A stretch of 64,000 nt of DNA, taken from positions 69,752,001 to 69,816,000 of the forward strand of contig CM052817.1 in assembly GCA_028534125.1 (NCBI GenBank), read 5' to 3'. Made by a program: the position numbers and the translations under genes. Below, in pieces: positions 12,939-25,567 of the stretch. Every line of letters starts with the position of its first letter. Within the stretch, counting starts at the first letter, position 1. Under the pieces are notes generated by a model that was given only the letters and a program-made list of their open reading frames with translations, was not told where the DNA came from and did not search any database. Source of the DNA: Lama glama (Eukaryota).

Positions 12939-13730
12939 TTCCTAAATTGTGCTGTTTTTCCAAGACAGTTTTTGAACATGGCAAATGTTGAAGGCTTCAA
13001 AATGGAACTGTATGATTCTTTAATTACTTAAACTTTTTTTTGTAGCTTTTTAAAAAAAATCAAATAAGCCTTTGAGTCTCTACATAATAACTCTCTAGTG
13101 GCTCATTCTTGAAAATTAAGTATTCTTTTTTATATCTCACATGATAATCTTTACTCTTTTTAAAAAATATTTTTGAATTTTGGGTTTTTTCCTTAAAATA
13201 ATACAAATATAAATTGTGTCTACTTATTCATTATATTGTGTTCTGCTTATTGTATATTAAATAGATTTAGTTCTTTGACATATCTAATATATTCTTATTT
13301 AATTTTATAGAAATCCAAAAATGATGTTTTATGTAATATATGTCACAGAAGAATATATACTTTTTTCTCTTCATGCTTTCATTGTGGAAATTTGAGCTCA
13401 GGGACTTTAAAGTAATAGCTGAGAATTTCCTGATAGTGAGGATTTGGGAGAGCAGAGATGTATTTTCTTTGAAAAAGGGATCGTATAAATTTTCTAAATT
13501 TCCTTACAAAATTAAAATGCTAACTGGGCAATCATCTCTGGTAAATGTAAAATTTATTAAATAAAAATACATTTTGTCATTAAGGCAAGGAGCTTTTAAT
13601 ACAAAAGATCATTTATGACTCTAAGATAACAATGGACAAAGCATATGAAAAATAAACTAAGAAAGAAATGCAAAAAGCCAATTACTACATGAAGAAGGTT
13701 GCAAATCACTACCATAAAAAAGCAAAAGTA

Positions 13731-14110
13731 ATATTATACAAAGTGAAGTAAGTCAGACAGAGGAAAACAAGTATATGATATCATATGTGGAATCTAAACA
13801 ATGGCACAAGTGAACTTATTTACAAAACAGAAACAGACTCACAGACATAGGAAACAAACTTATGGTTACCAAAGGGGAAGGGGGGACAAATTGGAAGTGT
13901 GCAATTAGCAGATACAAACTACTATATAAAGAATAGATAAACAACAAGGACCTACTATATAGCACGTGGAACTATGTTTAGTAGCTTGTAATAACCTATA
14001 ATGAAAAATAATATATACATATATATAACCAAATCACTATGGTGTACATCAAAAACTAAAACATCATAAAAAATCAACTATACTTCAATTTTGAAAAAGG
14101 AAAAATAAAA
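13731..14110 (+). mobile_element. L1 3' end, 5'-truncated
   Basis: 'aagtgaagtaagtcagacagag..acagactcacagacatag..tcaactatacttcaatt' followed by an A-rich tail. Confidence 0.9.
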
Positions 14111-14159
14111 TTTTCCTTTGCCAAAAACATTTGTTTTCCCCCCCTCCTTTATACTGAAT

Positions 14160-14420
14160 ATAGTTAATAGCTTGAATTCAAATCCCAGCTCAGAAATCCA
14201 CCTAGCTGTGTGACCTTGGCCAAATTTTTTTACCTCTCTTTGCTACAGTTTCCTACACCATAAAATGGGGTTAATCAATAATATGAGAGTTAAATGAGCT
14301 AATGCAAGTAAAACCTTAAAAGAGTACCTGGTTGAAATGATAATACTTTGGGTATAGTAGGTTAAATAAAATATACCATTAAATTTTGTAAAGAGAGCAC
14401 CTGTCATATGTGCTTATCTA
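14160..14420 (+). mobile_element. MIR, interrupted at 14331-14393
   Basis: Core 'ttcaaatcccagctc..ctagctgtgtgaccttggccaa..cagtttcct..taaaatgggg'. Confidence 0.8.
14331..14393 (+). mobile_element. MER3/MER33-like (hAT-Charlie) internal fragment
   Basis: 'gttgaaatgataatactttgggtatagtaggttaaataaaatataccattaaa' resembles the MER3/MER33 interior as I recall it. Confidence 0.6.
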
Positions 14421-14679
14421 ATGTATGTATGTAACAGTTATGTAAACACTACATAAATGTTACCTAGTATAACCTCTATGACTTTACTTGTAGAATGGAA
14501 GATTGGGTATAGGATATTTACAGAAATAAATGATGGAATTTTAAAAATTACAATGGATTAAAAATGAGCAGGCAAAACAGGACTAATAGGAATAACCTAA
14601 TCTGAAAAAGAAGCAAAAGGAATTTTTTAGAAATGGAATTGTTAAAAAAGATTTTTTTAATCAATAAGCAGGTTAGACA

Positions 14680-15112
14680 TATTTAGAAATAAATTCAAAT
14701 ACATCAATAATTGTCATAAGCACAAATGAAATAAAGTCACCAGTTAAATGACTTATTGTACAATTGTATTTTTAAAAATCCACCTAAATACTGTTTAGAA
14801 GAGACAGACATAAAACATAAGGACATATAAAGGTTGAAAGTAAAAGTAAGTGAAAAGATATACTTGGCAAATACTGATCAAAGGAAAGCTTGCTGGCATG
14901 TTAGTATTGAGATAGGTTTTAAGACCAAAATATAAAAACCAAAACCAATAAACTAAAAATGTTATTAAGGAAGACTGAGTTCATCAAGAAGCTACAACAA
15001 TTTAAATTTTGTATGCATCTGATTTTAAAAAACCTTAAAATTTTAAGGCAATACTTGATAGAATTACAGGAAGAAAGTAACAAATCTACCACATAATGGA
15101 AGATTTCAATGT
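14680..15112 (+). mobile_element. Decayed old L1 ORF2 endonuclease region
   Basis: 'tactgtttagaagagacagac..aaggttgaaagtaaaag..gaaaagatatac..gcaaatact' and 'ataatggaagatttcaat', homologous to L1 EN motifs CCLQETH and I.GDFN. Confidence 0.7.
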
Positions 15113-15658
15113 TCATTCGCTTGTTTTATTCATTAAATGTTCTTGGGTGCCTGCATACTAGGAACTCTTCTACTCATTGGAAATATGGCTGCAAATGAAA
15201 TATAAACATCCTCAGCCTTTTCGAGTTTACATTATAATGGAAGGAGAGAGAAAAACACACAAATAAATACAGTAAAACCCTATGGAAATACACCCAGGAT
15301 TTCATGAATTCTGAGATTATAAAATGAATAATTTGCTCCCACCCACCACTTAACCCTCCCCCCCCCAGCCCCGGGTAGAACAGAAGACAGAGAATAAAGT
15401 TCCTATTCTGAGGCTGGAGATGGGAATATGACGGGGGTAGTGGAAGGGACTTAGCAAGAAAATAGCACAAAACCCAGAGGGGAAGTAGAGTTTGAATCCT
15501 GCTAGCTCAGTGATCTCCCAAGTCAATATTCCCAAACTGGGCCAACAAAACTGTTGCCATCTAGCCAGCAATTTCCTGGAATCTCCGATGCTTTCCTGAA
15601 GTCCAGTCAGCTGCAGACCCTGAGTCCTTCCCATCAATATGTAAACTGAAGTGGACAA

Positions 15659-15677
15659 TCACCACTAGATGGTGCCG
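15659..15677 (+). promoter_or_regulatory. Candidate CTCF site
   Basis: TCACCACTAGATGGTGCCG is a close match to the CTCF core, in a locally GC-richer non-repeat island. Confidence 0.55.
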
Positions 15678-16108
15678 AACTGTAGTTGGGACCAGGATGT
15701 ATTTTGGAAAGCAAAGCAAGAGCCCAGGACTGCACGTGGTCTCCTACCCATTTTATTAATGGTATACAAGATAAGAAATGGTAGATTCTGAAAGGCAAGA
15801 AAGATAAATCAAAGACAAAAAGGTTGGAAAGGAAGACAAAGGACTGCATTATTTCATAAAGGATATGATAGTTTACGTAAAAAATCTAAGACTTACCATA
15901 AGATGAACATGCAAAATTCAGTTGCATTTCTGTAAAATTTAAGTACTCAGAACACATTTCTATAACAACATGCACATAGAAAACATAATTTAGAAAGAGA
16001 TTATATTTGAATAGCTCATAAATGAGATCTCTAAAACTAAATCTAATAAAAGATGTATAAAACCTGTACAGAAAAAAATATAAAACATTATTAAAAGACA
16101 CTTAGAAG

Positions 16109-16229
16109 CGGGGAGGGTATAGCTCAATGGTATAGAGTGCCTGTTTAGCATGCATGACATCCTGGGTTCAATCCCCAGTACCTCCAACAAGAAATTAATA
16201 AATAAACTTAATCCCCTCCCACTCCCCAA
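16109..16229 (+). mobile_element. tRNA-Ala-derived camelid SINE (Vic-1 type), long form
   Basis: A box 'tagctcaatgg', AGC anticodon, B box 'ggttcaatcc'. 16-bp TSD aaaagacact(t/c)agaag at 16093-16108 and 16230-16245. Confidence 0.9.
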
Positions 16230-16317
16230 AAAAGACACTCAGAAGACCTAAGTAAATGGAGAAATAGACTATGTTCATGGGAAGGAAGGCTCAATTTTTT
16301 TTTTAAGTGATTCTCCT

Positions 16318-16437
16318 TGAGGAGAGGGTATAGCTTAAGTGGTAGAATGCATGCTTAACACATACGTGGTCCTGGGTTCAGTCCCCAGGACCTCCTCTAA
16401 ATAAACAAATAAACCTAATTACTACCCCACCAAAAAA
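16318..16437 (+). mobile_element. tRNA-Ala-derived camelid SINE, long form
   Basis: 'ggagagggtatagcttaagtggtag..cctgggttcagtcccc'. TSD aagtgattctcct at 16305-16317 and 16438-16450. Confidence 0.9.
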
Positions 16438-16622
16438 AAGTGATTCTCCTCAAACTGACCTACAGAATTAATATAATCCTAATGAAAATATCAACAGAGG
16501 TTTTGTGAAACATGACAGCGGATTCTGATATTTATATAGAAAAGGAAGACTATCCAAGGCACTCTTCAATAAAAAGAGGAAACTTGGCCAATGATGAAGC
16601 CATAATAATTAAGGTTGTTTTT

Positions 16623-16906
16623 AGAAAGAGACTCACAGACATAGAAAACAAACTTACGTTTACAAAGGGGAAAGGAGGGGGGAGAGATAAATTGGAAGTG
16701 TGGGATTAGCAGATACAAACTACTATATACAAACTAGATAAACAACAAGGTCCTACTGTATAGCACAAGGAACTATATTCAGTAACTTGTAATAACCTAT
16801 AATAAAAAAGAATATGAAAAATATTATATAGATATAACTGAATCACCATGCTGTACACCAGAAACTAATACAACATTGTAAATCAACTATACTTCAATTA
16901 AAAAAA
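16623..16906 (+). mobile_element. L1 3' end, 5'-truncated
   Basis: 'agactcacagacatagaaaacaaactt..gtaaatcaactatacttcaattaaaaaaa'; imperfect TSD around gttgtttt. Confidence 0.9.
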
Positions 16907-18208
16907 GATGTTGTTTTGGCAAAGGGAAGGCCGAATGATCATTGAACAAAAGAGAGAGCCCAGAAAGACCTAACAGCATATGGGAACTTGATATATGACA
17001 GAGGTGGCAATGCTGATCAGTGAAGAAAGTTTATACTGAGATTAAATAAATAGATGAGTTTCTTCTGATAATAAATAAATAAGGAAGAAGGAAAAATTTT
17101 CCCGTATAGTAGAATCTCATGTAGAAGGAATGATGGAGGTAAAAAAATCACCATTTGGCAACTATTACAGTAGTAATTGATTCAGACAAAATTGTCAGTG
17201 GACGTCAAAACTAATGGGTTGAAATCTGATGAAAAACAAGATAGCTACAGATTCTCAAATTATCTCTCCACAAATTACTTATGGGAAAATAGTGCTTTCA
17301 GAGAGGATAAACCTAGAAGATACCATCTTAACCTTTGTAATCTAAGTTGACATTACCAAAAGTGGAGAATACTAACACTATCTGCTTCCTCAGTGTTACA
17401 CTGAAAAGGCCTCAACCTCACTTATTCCTACCAAAAAGTCATCGTCTAAGTCTACTTATGAAGAAACATTCCATTAAGAAAATCAAGAGGAAAACTCACA
17501 TTGAGGGATATTCCACAAAATCATTGGCCTGAACTGTTTAAATATGCCAAGATCAAGAAACACAAAGATTGACAGAGGAACAGTTCCAGACTAAGTGAGA
17601 CTGAAGAGACAACTGAATGTAATCATCAATCCTGGACTAGAACCAGTGGTGGGGGGATGGGCATGGGAGGGGTGAAGCAGGGTATTTATTAGGATATTTA
17701 TTAGGTGAAATTTGAAAATGGGCTATAGATTAGATATGGTAATGTACCAGTGTTAACTTTTCTGATTTTGAACATTGAATGTCCTTGTTTTTAGAAAACA
17801 CACACCCAAGTATTTAGAGGCAGGAGGATGTAACATCTGCAGTTTATTCTCAGATGATTCAGAAATAACAACGGTAACAATATGCATAGAGAAAGAGAAT
17901 GAGAAAACAAACGTGGAAAAATGATAGCAATTGTGGGATCTGGTGAAGGATATACAGGAATTTTTTTGTTCTATTCTTTAAACTTCTCTGTGTTTTTAAT
18001 TATTTTGAAATAAAAAGTTAAAAAATAGCAAGGAAATAATAAATAACAAAACTGAAAACAGTGGTCACTTCTGGGAGTGATGGGAGAGGCCTGAGAGTAG
18101 GAGGGGGAGGAACACAAAGGTAGATGCAACGGTACTGATTACGTTCTAGTTCCTAAATTAGATGATGGGATTGTGGACATTCATTTTATTATTTAGCTTC
18201 AGCAAATT

Positions 18209-18305
18209 ATATGTGTGTGTGTGTGTGTGTGTGTATACATATGTGTGTATATACATATGTGTGTGTATATATATATGTAATATATTTTATATATATACTA
18301 TATAT
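18209..18305. repeat. (TG)11 plus compound TA/TG microsatellite
   Basis: Read directly from sequence. Confidence 0.9.
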
Positions 18306-20637
18306 TTCTGTACATGTAAAATATTATACTTTAAAAGATAATAAAAGGAAAAACAAAGAAAAAAGATAACAAGGCATGAATCAGATGTTATCCAACATGC
18401 TGTGTGTATGTATGAGCTGTGTGCCCTTGAATGTGTTTCTTTTCCACTGTGAGGTTGTCCTCAACTACAAAAAGGGGATAAAAGATCTACTGTGTGGTTT
18501 TGTTGTAAGGCTCTTGGCTATGAGTGCTCATTAAGTGGTGGCAGCTCTTGGTATTTTCTCCGACAGAGCAGAGATAAGGGGAGTACACTTACAGCAGGGG
18601 GCTGGATCAAAGTGAGAGAAATTTGGGTAAGGAAGTTTTCTAGGGAGTAAAACTGAGCTAATGTTGGAAATCATCAAGTAGCTTTAAAGCCAATAGGCCG
18701 TGTGTGTTTTTCCCCAACTGTGCTCCACAGTCTGGAAGTAAGACTTGGGAAAAACAGATACTGATGTTGGAAGGTCTACAGGAAGGTCAACAAAGCAGAA
18801 AGGCTGCTGCGAGGGAGGCAGATAAGACAGATCAGGGCATCCTGCTGAGGCAGTGGGCTTTCTCTCATCTAAAACTTTGAGAAAAGAGACACAATTTAGA
18901 AGAAGTAGAAGATATAAAGTGAGCTGATAATTTACTAGATGAACTAGAGACTGTATGAAAGCACGCCTAACAGAATAATGCTTTTCCAGTCCAGGATAAG
19001 GGCATCTGTCAGTGGCCTTGAGATGAGTTAAGGCCGTGGACCCAAGGCCACGATTACAACATGTTTGTAGTATGAAGTAAATAATGATTGTACACATGTG
19101 TTGGTTATTTAAGTTTTAGAATAAAGAAAATAGAAGTACGCATGCACTAGAGATATTCCATAAGCCTCACAAACAAAGAAAATGACACTGCACATGTGCT
19201 GGCAGAAAACAGGTAAAAGCAGGTCAGCTGCACCACAGAGCGTGCACACCACCTTGTGGAAACAGAATAAAGTGCTGTAAACTCCATGTTCGCTCTGGGT
19301 GAAGTCTGTTTTGCGATATGGTAGCTCCTCCTGCATTTTTTCAGTTACGCCACTCACCTCCTAGAAACCCACTTCATCCTCCCTCAGCTGACAGCATCCA
19401 TTCCTACCTTTTATGTATCAAAGGAAAAGTAATTCTTACATGATATGTGTACACCTAGATTGAACAAATTCCCTCATAGTTTACCTAAATTTTATATACC
19501 AAAGCTCTTAACAAATTGCAAAAAATAACAAAAAAGCAAGCAAATCTGTATTGAGCAGGCACTTCATTTAAAGATAGCTCTGCTGTACCACTTATAATAG
19601 AGGAGCTGCCATCAGCCAGCCCATGATTGGTTGAAATTTTAATTTTTCAGTATTAATTGCTTTCTGAGTATATACACACAGCTAATTTCAGCCTATTGTT
19701 CTTGAAACTAAACTCAGAAAGCATAAACAGTAGAGGAAATTTGATGATGCTTATACATTACTAACAGTCAACTCGGTGAAAAATAAATAAATAATTTCAG
19801 TTGTCTGGCATCTCAAACCATAAATGTTTTTCGATGTGGATGGTATACAGAGACAATCTATCACCCTAAAGTACTAGAAATACTGCCAAAGACTCACTAC
19901 ACTAGCTGTTGGTGTATGGGAAATTCTTTTGATTTCCTGCTTGTGTCTAATTTCTTTAATATTAATTATATTATATACCAACTATTTTATCACCTTATTT
20001 TGAATCAATATGATATATATTCATTAACACAGTATTATCCATTATTTATCCTTTCCTTGCTTCCTGTACTAAATGCACAGATAATTCCAGAGATGATGGC
20101 AGATATATGTGTTATTAAATTAGGAATTTTAAAAGAAATTCATTATACAATTCTTGGAGTTATATGTACAAGAATTGGTAACTCAATGATTATCTTGTTT
20201 TGACTTTGACAGCTTTGCATCAGCCACTGTGTTCTCCAGAAACATGATTATACAGAGAAATTACAGTAACTAACATAAGTTTCCTGAGAAATGCAATTTT
20301 AGAGGACTTGAAGAATATGAGGAGGAATGATACTTTCAGAGACTTAAGAATGTTGTCTTTGAGTCAGTATAACAAACTGATTATGAGGAGGCACCAGAGA
20401 AATGAAAAGATTTACAAGAGAATGATTAAAAAATCACTTGTGAACAACTAGAAATCAAATCAAAGGCAGCTTAAAGGATGATAATGCTACACTTATTTTA
20501 ATTCTCATGTTTAAAAAAAGGAGTAAGATAACTCAATTTATGGCTTAAATTTCTGCCAAAACTATCTTTGAAAAATACATATCATAATGAGTGAAGGAAA
20601 ATAATATATGACTACCACAGGATTTTAAATAGATACG

Positions 20638-21770
20638 GGGATTTCTGATTCCATATGGTAAATTGAATGGATGTATTACTTCCATTCTCACCTGAATGCC
20701 TATTAAAATGACAATAATAATATTTAAAATATATAGGCCTAAAGGACCAAAAAACTAGAAGTCACCAGGAGATAGAAAATAGCACCATGTTTTGGAGGAT
20801 GGGAAGCTGATGGCTTAGGAGAGTAGTGCAAAATAAACCTAATTTCTTCAGAACGAGGAGGGAGAATCAAGCTGCAAAGTCTCAAGAACTGGCTTTTGCA
20901 GAAAGGGAGTGTGAGGCAGAGCTGGAATTCAGACAATCATTTGAAAGTCCGCACAGAAGGCAGTTAGACCGCAAAGAGCCTGGTGACTTCCTCTTCCAAA
21001 CCCTCAGACATGAGATTGATTCCTTGTAGAACATGAATCAAAAAGATTCTGGGCTTAGGGAGAGGAAAGTTTCAAAAAAGCTCAAGGGCAGCTGAGGGGC
21101 TGAAAATAAATGGATTAAGTGGAAATTTATACATTTATGGGAAAAACATACCTCCATCCTCTACCAGCCCTCTTTCCCCGTCCACATCCTCAAATAACCT
21201 GTAGCCAGGGATAAGACTTGAGCATCTTTCCGTGCAGAAACTGAGTAACTTCCAAGACTACTCTGCAGATTCAAATCTATTGTCAGGCATGCAAAGTCGC
21301 AAACAAACATGAAAGTCATAAAATAAGGCTAGAAAACAACCATTCAAGATTGGGGTGGGAGAGCAAAAGTTTCTGGAACTAAATTACAAATGGAACTCAT
21401 TATCTGACAAACTTATTTAGAAGACTATCAAATGAATAATTGACAAAACTACAGACTCCAGGGAAAAGAAAGGAAGCATAATCATGGTACACTACTAGAT
21501 TCAGTACTGAAATATGTGTAGACAGTCGATGTAATAAATGTAAATACATAATAAAATTTAGCCAAATCTGTGATTTAATTATATTGGGAGGTTGGAGGGA
21601 AAGGAAGTAGGGTGATTGTACAAGAGAGCTAAATCCTCGTTTGCCAATGTGAAAAGTCAATATATCATGCATAAAATAGATATAATAAGATATACCAGTA
21701 TAAATATATAATTCTCATCTATAAGGATAAATACCAGAAGACAAAGAGAAAGGGTTAGAAATTGGCAAGG
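20638..21770 (+). mobile_element. Very old L1M5/HAL1-like 5' and 3' fragments
   Basis: 'ctattaaaatgacaataa..tttggaggatgggaagctgatgg' resembles old L1/HAL1 5' ends; heavily degraded. Confidence 0.4.
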
Positions 21771-22889
21771 GTGGGGGGCAGGGCATAGACGGAGCACAGG
21801 GAGTAGTGGATCATTTTTTAAAATTCTGTCTGTTATATTCCATTATTTTCATTATATTAGTGAAAAGTAGTGGTACTGGAGCTATATTCTGTGTTTATGA
21901 ACAGTTTTAACCTATGATTACATTTGATAAACAAACAAAAACCATGTATTGTTTTAATATTATTTGGAACTGAAATGTAGCAAACTTTGTAACTAAAAAC
22001 AATTTAAAGCAACGACACAAAATGCTGTTTTGTTTTCAAACTGAACATGCCCCTTCTTGCTCCTAGCTCAGAATTAGATAAGAACATGCCTCCCTGTCCT
22101 GGTACAAATAACAGCTGTTCACTCTTCCTCATTTCTTGGCTAAGGATCCTGAAGTGTCTCCTTATTTCAATCAATCCAATTGAATGCAATCAATCCAAAC
22201 TCTCTTCTTCCTGGCTTTCAATGCCTGTCCTCTCCCCCAGCCTTCTACCTATCTACCCTTATTTTCCATTACCTCACAACGGGCACCTTCTGTTCAAGTT
22301 TTGTGGCTCTCTCAGAACCCTGTACACTCTGAGACATGACTGCTTTCATCTTTTGGGTCAAGCTATTACTTGAATACCTGGGTCCTTTCCTCTGTGCTTG
22401 GTCAAGGCCTTCTTATCCTTCAAAACCTGCTTCAGGACTGGCAAAGATATTTCTTATCAAAATTCTGCTATGTTATCATCCTTGGAAATTTGGTTTTTAT
22501 CATACAACTTGAAAATACTACTTATCAAAGAAAAAAATTGAAAATTTGTATGACCTTCTCAGGCAAAAGGAAAATTTAAACAAATTAACATTTGTCCAAA
22601 TTCAAGAGACTATGCTGAATCTATTGGGTTGGTACCATACCAGTAATTTTCACAATGTGATGTGCCAGATATATTTTTCTGTTTGCTATTTAAAAAGGAC
22701 TATCTCTTTAAAGTACCTAATCCCAACAACATGAACACACATGTAATTCTTCACTGTCTATTTGGATGGACAAATAGCAAATCAAAGCTCGATCGAGGCA
22801 CCAATAAATCTGATAAGAATTTATTTTTATATTTATCTTTCTTATAAATTAGAGGTTATCATTTTGTTGTATTTATTGCAGAAACAACA

Positions 22890-23720
22890 TAATAATAATA
22901 ACAGAAAACAAAAAAGGAAAAAAATTACCTGTACTTCTACCACCCAAAGAAACTGTTTTCACTTTTTTCATGTAACTCTTTCATTTCTCATCCCAATACA
23001 CACATAATTTTACATATTTTACAAAAGCATTCTCCTTTTTACCTTAGTATTATAGTATAAACATTTCATGTTGTAAGATCTCCTTCATATTTATTTTAGT
23101 ATTTATATAATAATCTGTCTATTAATACCTATATAATAATTCTTCTCTATTGTAGTACCATAATTATTTGTTTCTCCATCATTAGTCACTTGCAATTGCT
23201 TCCAATTTTTTTAAATAGGATGTGGGCAAATAGGGACTCATGCACTGACAATACTTACCAATTTAAGATGCACACATCCTCTGACCTAGAAAATCCATCT
23301 CTTGGATTTTATCCTTGAGAGGTAATTACAGAAGTGTGTAAGCATATACATGCTCTTTGCTGCATTATCTAATAGTAAAAATTAAAAAGGATCTAAATTT
23401 TCAACCATAAGGTAATAAATAGCTAAATAAATTTTGGTAGACCTATATATAATATATTATATGGTCATTAGAAATAATGAGTTAGATGTGTTTGGGTTAA
23501 CTTGGAGAATATCCATTATAAACTGGTGAATGGTGGTGGAGTAGGGGTGGGAAAACAAGTTTTAGATAAACAGCATTCATTGCTTTGGGAAAAAATACTA
23601 TACATATGTATTTATAATAAATATACACATAGATGTTTGTACACATATAAGAAATAAATCCAGAAGAATACATAACAAACTCTTAGTAGTGATTATCCTT
23701 GGAAAGTAGGATTAGTCAGG
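22890..23720. mobile_element. L1ME fragments (minus about 22890-23210, plus about 23230-23720)
   Basis: 'tgacctagaaaatccatctcttggattttatcct' (ORF2 C-terminus) and 'ccagaagaatacataacaaactcttagtagtgattatc' (L1ME 3' end). Confidence 0.6.
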
Positions 23721-24302
23721 CAGTGAGAGAAGCTATTACCACAATTATGTATGACTATTATTTTTGAAAGACATGGAAAATATAAATTATCTTAATAAAA
23801 CTCATTATGGAATTGTTATTTATCTTTCTAGATGGTCCACTCTGGCAGCTTTTTAAAATGGCTCCAGAAGAAACAACAGACTAGGCCAGGCTGTTCAGGG
23901 CTGTCTACCTAAGGGGAAATGGGAGCCCAATTTTCTCTGAAGTTGCACTCATTCTGGGTCACCAGAATGTTCATTTGGCAAATGGAAGTCAGCTTTGTAT
24001 TTTGATGGGTTATCACTCCAATGGAAAAGCTTAACCAGGTCAATGAAAAAATGATTTCAATTTTGGGCCTTCTCCATCTTGACCTTCTCAGAATCCTTAA
24101 GGGTTTTACAAATAAGCATATAAGTTTCCATAAATCCTCAAAATCATCTAGAGTTGTCAATTTTAGATTTTGCTTCTTTTTTCTCTTTCATCGTATGTAA
24201 ATTAGAGTGCAAATAGGCACAAAATTCTGATTGTGCATATTTTTAGCTTGAATTTTTTTTTTGTTTCAAAAAATATGTAACAGGTTAAATAAAAGTATAT
24301 CA

Positions 24303-24462
24303 CAGGCTTTCTCAACATTAGTACTATTGCTGTTGTGAGCAGCATAATTCTTTGTTGTGAGGGGATGTCCTACCTACCAGATGCCAGCAGCCAGCCTCCA
24401 CTCCAGTTGTGACAACAAAAAAATTTCCTTAGATGTAGCCAGATGTCCCTAGTTGGGAACTG
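24303..24462 (+). mobile_element. MER20 (hAT-Charlie MITE), internally deleted
   Basis: 'ttctcaac..actattg..ataattctttgttgtg..ccagatgccag..ccagttgtgacaac..gttgggaactg'. Confidence 0.8.
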
Positions 24463-24574
24463 ATATAATGCAATAGTATTCGAAGATTGGGTTAGTTCTA
24501 TATGTCTTGATAGAAGTGATTTCCAAGATAAAATATTAAGTGAAAAATGAAAGGTACAAAATGGTGTATACAAG

Positions 24575-25010
24575 ATAACATAATGACTAAAAGCCTGGGC
24601 TTTGGAGTCAAACTACCTGGAATGTAATCTCAACTCTTCCAAACTACTCCATGACCTCAGACAATTAGTTAACTCTTCTCTTCCTCCATTTCTTATTTTT
24701 AAAAAATGCTATCATAGGGTTAAGTACCTATAGTACAGCTAGTGTGAGGGTTTATGTAAAATGTTTGAAACAGTGTCTGGCAAAAATGTCTGGCATTTGT
24801 GATCATCACCATTTATTTTGAAAATACATTCATAGACTATCTCTAGGAAGATATACAAGAAAACTGGTGACAGCGGTTTCCTCTGGGCAAGGATGTGACT
24901 AAGGGGTCAGGGAAAACATACTTTATACTGTATGCTGTTTGAGGTTTTTTTGCATTTTTCTATTATTATCTATTAAAACATTTTTTAAAAAGATAATTAA
25001 GTTTAAAAAA
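24575..25010 (+). mobile_element. MIR followed by an L1ME 3' end
   Basis: 'gggctttggagtcaaactacctgg' and 'ctaggaagatatacaagaaaactggtgacagcggtttcctctggg'. Confidence 0.6.
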
Positions 25011-25567
25011 GGTTTTTTGAACATATGTTATGCTCCTACCATATATTTTTTAAAAAGACAGATTCAAACTTATGAGTAATTATTTTTCCTCTGCTACTAA
25101 AATAATCAAAATCTACTTGTTAGTAGATAACCAAGTAACATCAAAATTGTGCCTTTAAAAAAATCCTGGGGGTATGAAACACAAAGAAGCTTCATTTATT
25201 TCCAGTCGCTTTAGAATAATAACAGTTTTATCTGGCCTTATTGGTTAAATCACCTTATTTATAGTAAATTCAGTCTTCACAGAAATAGGAGGACAAAGTG
25301 GCAGATAGTTCAAAATAATGTGTAGCCTTACAGAGTGATTTTGTACTTACATTTGACTATAAATATGTCTCACTGGCACAAATGTCTATACTAAAAATCA
25401 TTCTAACAGTGGAGAAGCACTAGAATTTAATAAGTAATGGAAGCAGTTTATTAGAATATGTAGCTCTAATAGTGACAGGAATGCATTTATTTGAAAATGT
25501 TTACAACTAAAAGCCCACTTCAGTGAAATATGAAACAGAATCAACTATTAAAAGGCAGTAAGGGGAA

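Larger units (their letters stand above)
15770..18340 (+). mobile_element. Old L1ME/MC ORF2 and 3' UTR fragments hosting younger insertions
   Basis: 'taaaacattattaaaagacac..agaagacctaagtaaatggagaaatagactatgttcatgg' (ORF2) and 3' UTR motifs ending 'aataaaaagttaaaaaa'. Confidence 0.7.

Noticed and set aside
19253..19360. 108-nt minus-strand coding exon (EVSGVTEKMQEELPY...)
   Set aside because: Weak acceptor and donor (AAG|gtggtg); peptide not recognised.
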